A stretch of 64,000 bases of DNA from a virus. Positions 61,840 to 64,000 of the stretch are shown here, piece after piece. The translations under genes and the position numbers were made by a program. Under the pieces are notes generated by a model. The model ran no database searches. It was given only the letters and a program-made list of their open reading frames with translations, and was not told the origin of the DNA. The first letter of the stretch is position 1, and every line of letters starts with the position of its first letter. Where the stretch lies: IMG/VR virus record IMGVR_UViG_2756170246_000002, positions 156 through 64,155 of that record; one strand, 5' to 3'.

Positions 61840-62540
61840 TGAGCGCGCTTCGAGCCTTTGCCGTCACCGAGAACGATGAGAGCACCGGCGCGATCTATTT
61901 CGCGAAGCACGACATCGTTGCGAAGAAGTGGGGCGCCAACGAGTTCGCCGACGGCGAGATCGGCTATGTCTCCTGCCGGCGCGCGCCGTGGGCTGACGCC
62001 TATGTCGGGAAGCCGCTCCCTGTTTCGGTGATGATCGAGAACGGCTGGCATTTCGGGTGCCACGGCTGCGGCATGCGCATGGACGAGGACGAGTTGCGCG
62101 AGCGCCATCTTCCTGTCGATGGCGTGATTGGCAGCCAGCACAGCGCGGTCTACTGCTGCGCGCGCTGTCGCCGCAAGCATCTCAGCCGTCAGCGGCGCAA
62201 GGAGGCTGAGCAGCAACTCGCGATCGAAAGTTTCAAGGCAATCGTACGGAAGCGCTTTCCCGAAGTCGAGTTCATCAACGAGCATCCGAATTGGCAAAAC
62301 TACGCCCGGGCGGATTTTTTCCACGGCCAGAAAGGCTGGATTTGGCAGCGCGTAACCGTCGCCTTCACCTTCCCTGGCATGAAGATCGCTCCCGCATGGC
62401 TTGAGCTTCCCGAGCGGCCTTGGCGCGGCTACGGCGAGGGCAATCGATCCATCGGCCCGCTCCAGCCTGCCTACACATGCTGCAACGGCGACCGTGAGGC
62501 GTTCGAAACTTATGCGGCTGCGACGAGGACACAACCATGA
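61839..62540 (+). CDS. Phage hypothetical protein (Cys motifs)
   Basis: CHGCG and YCCARC; TGATG overlap. Confidence 0.65.
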   Translation: MSALRAFAVTENDESTGAIYFAKHDIVAKKWGANEFADGEIGYVSCRRAPWADAYVGKPLPVSVMIENGWHFGCHGCGMRMDEDELRERHLPVDGVIGSQHSAVYCCARCRRKHLSRQRRKEAEQQLAIESFKAIVRKRFPEVEFINEHPNWQNYARADFFHGQKGWIWQRVTVAFTFPGMKIAPAWLELPERPWRGYGEGNRSIGPLQPAYTCCNGDREAFETYAAATRTQP

Positions 62541-63157
62541 CCGGCTGGATCGTTGGAAGCGGCGACGAGACGCGCTGGCGCTGCTGGACTGCTCTAGGAC
62601 CCGAGTGGACCGAGGATCGATCGAAGGCGACGCGATACGCTCGCCGCGAAGACGCCGAGGCCGTTCATGCTGGCGATGAGGACGCATGGACGGTCGTGCC
62701 TTATGACGACGCCGCGCATGCCTGGCGCTGCTTCCATTGCGATGAGGTGTTCACCGACGAGCGGTGCGCGCGTGACCATTTCGGCCGCGATGAGACTTGC
62801 GAGCCGGCCTGTCAGATCAAGATGGGCGCCGAACGCAGCCTTCTGACGGCTCTGCGCCGAGCGGAGAACGACGCGGCAGACGCATGGGCGGCAATCCACA
62901 GTGAATCGACGGACGCCGCCAAGGCATATCATGCACAGCTCGCCCGACACCAAGAGCAGCTTCGGATCACGGAAGAGCTAGGGTTTGAGCGCGGCATGCG
63001 TGAGGCCGTCCCGGCTGCAGTGATCGCGCTCGCCGAGGCGATGGCCTACCTTGAAGGCGAGGATCCGCTCCATGTTTCAGGCGGTTTTCGGAACGTCGCC
63101 ATTCGCGAAAAGATCAGGACGATTCTTTTCATAAGGTCGGATGGGGCTCCGGCATGA
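62537..63157 (+). CDS. Phage hypothetical protein
   Basis: WRCFHCDE...ARDHFG motif. Confidence 0.65.
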   Translation: MTGWIVGSGDETRWRCWTALGPEWTEDRSKATRYARREDAEAVHAGDEDAWTVVPYDDAAHAWRCFHCDEVFTDERCARDHFGRDETCEPACQIKMGAERSLLTALRRAENDAADAWAAIHSESTDAAKAYHAQLARHQEQLRITEELGFERGMREAVPAAVIALAEAMAYLEGEDPLHVSGGFRNVAIREKIRTILFIRSDGAPA

Positions 63158-63339
63158 TCGAGCGCCTCGACGACAAGATCGAGCTCTGCTGCGACGAGTG
63201 TAGCAACAGCGCCGGCCGCGTGTTCGGCAAGGACGACTTCGATATCATGATCCAGCACGCGAAGGACGAGGGCTGGCGCATCTTCAGGGTGGGCCGGGAT
63301 TGGAAGCACAACTGCGCTGATTGCCGCGATGACCGTTGA
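63154..63339 (+). CDS. Small Zn-finger-like protein
   Basis: CDEC...HNCADC. Confidence 0.6.
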   Translation: MIERLDDKIELCCDECSNSAGRVFGKDDFDIMIQHAKDEGWRIFRVGRDWKHNCADCRDDR

Positions 63340-63351
63340 GAGGAAGCACCC

Positions 63352-63654
63352 ATGAGCCCGCGCAACAGCCGCGTCACCAGCGCCGAGGTCATCTACGGGT
63401 TCTGGCTGATATTCGAGGAGGCCGGCGGCCTCCGGCTCACGCGCACCGAGCCGAGCCTCGATCGATCGGAACGTTCGATGTTCATCCAGGCCACGTTGCC
63501 TCGCAGCCTATGGCGCACGCCGACGCTACGGGCAACCATCGGCGTCAAGGCTGATCCATCCGGCAGCTACACGGCTGACATCGAGGCCGCCGCCGACGCT
63601 GTGCGCAGCGCCCTCGGCGTCGACATCGACCTGAAGGTGATCCCGCCGGCATGA
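63352..63654 (+). CDS. Hypothetical protein
   Basis: GAGGA RBS. Confidence 0.55.
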   Translation: MSPRNSRVTSAEVIYGFWLIFEEAGGLRLTRTEPSLDRSERSMFIQATLPRSLWRTPTLRATIGVKADPSGSYTADIEAAADAVRSALGVDIDLKVIPPA

Positions 63655-64000
63655 ACCTACGCATCCTCAAAAAGCTCTCGAAGCGCGCCGCGCCGCTCCT
63701 GCCGCTGATCGGCGACAAGCGTGAGCAGTTCCGCGCCGAGCATCACAACACCGGCAACAATTTCATTGGCGGAACGCTGATCATGGCGCGCAAGCATTGG
63801 GAGCGCGGCCGGTCGGTGCACGACGAGTGCATCAGCCAGTGCGAGATCAAGAGGCCGGCGCCCAAGGGCAAGGGCTGGCTCTGGATGGCTCCGCCAGATC
63901 ACCCGCGGAAGGGCACCGTGATGGTTGGCGCGATGAGCGGCTATTACGAGCCCGAATGGGACGAGGAATGCGCATGGTCGGCGCTGGAAAACTTGGTTCG
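63651..64000 (+). CDS. Hypothetical protein (partial, runs off window)
   Basis: Read by hand: MNLRILKKLSKRAAPLL...; ATGA overlap; no stop before the end. Confidence 0.55.
   Translation, partial: MNLRILKKLSKRAAPLLPLIGDKREQFRAEHHNTGNNFIGGTLIMARKHWERGRSVHDECISQCEIKRPAPKGKGWLWMAPPDHPRKGTVMVGAMSGYYEPEWDEECAWSALENLV

Noticed and set aside
63651-64000. Integrase/att at the right end
   Set aside because: No tyrosine or serine recombinase motifs in the window; expected further right

Overview
The whole 64-kb window is most of one temperate siphovirus-type prophage; the integrase and att ends lie outside it. The host is probably an alphaproteobacterium of the Rhizobiales, inferred from the MucR/Ros gene, the TadG-like gene, the alpha-type initiator tRNA and the high GC. 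Minus strand, 35.9 kb to 0 kb: late operon (terminase, DUF4055 portal, scaffold, capsid, head/neck, tail tube, tail chaperones with a -1 slippery site, tape measure, GTA-type tail tip, fibres, lysis). Plus strand, 36-42 kb: accessory early block ending in an antirepressor. Minus strand, 52-42 kb: cro, replication initiator, HNH genes, two adenine methyltransferases. Plus strand, 52-64 kb: cI, RecT-like recombinase, many small genes. Main observations: (1) a translationally coupled enzyme cluster (PLP aminotransferase, two SAM methyltransferases, radical SAM/SPASM, sialyltransferase-like + MAF-like transferase) wedged between portal and head genes, a candidate virion-glycosylation or DNA-modification system; (2) an orphan TadG-like pilus-tip gene with a CtrA-like box inserted antisense between tail fibre and endolysin, a candidate pilus-based superinfection-exclusion factor; (3) an initiator tRNA followed by a compact multi-helix putative ncRNA; (4) one structured leader motif in front of both the capsid and tail-tube genes; (5) 13 copies of a 17-bp operator GTAACCA-N3-TGGTTAC, five of them inside near-identical sigma70-type promoters; (6) an HNH-AP2 gene flanked by synonymously recoded duplicates of its neighbour's 3' end; (7) a frameshifted phage mucR. 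All protein family assignments come from motifs recognised by eye; no database searches were run.
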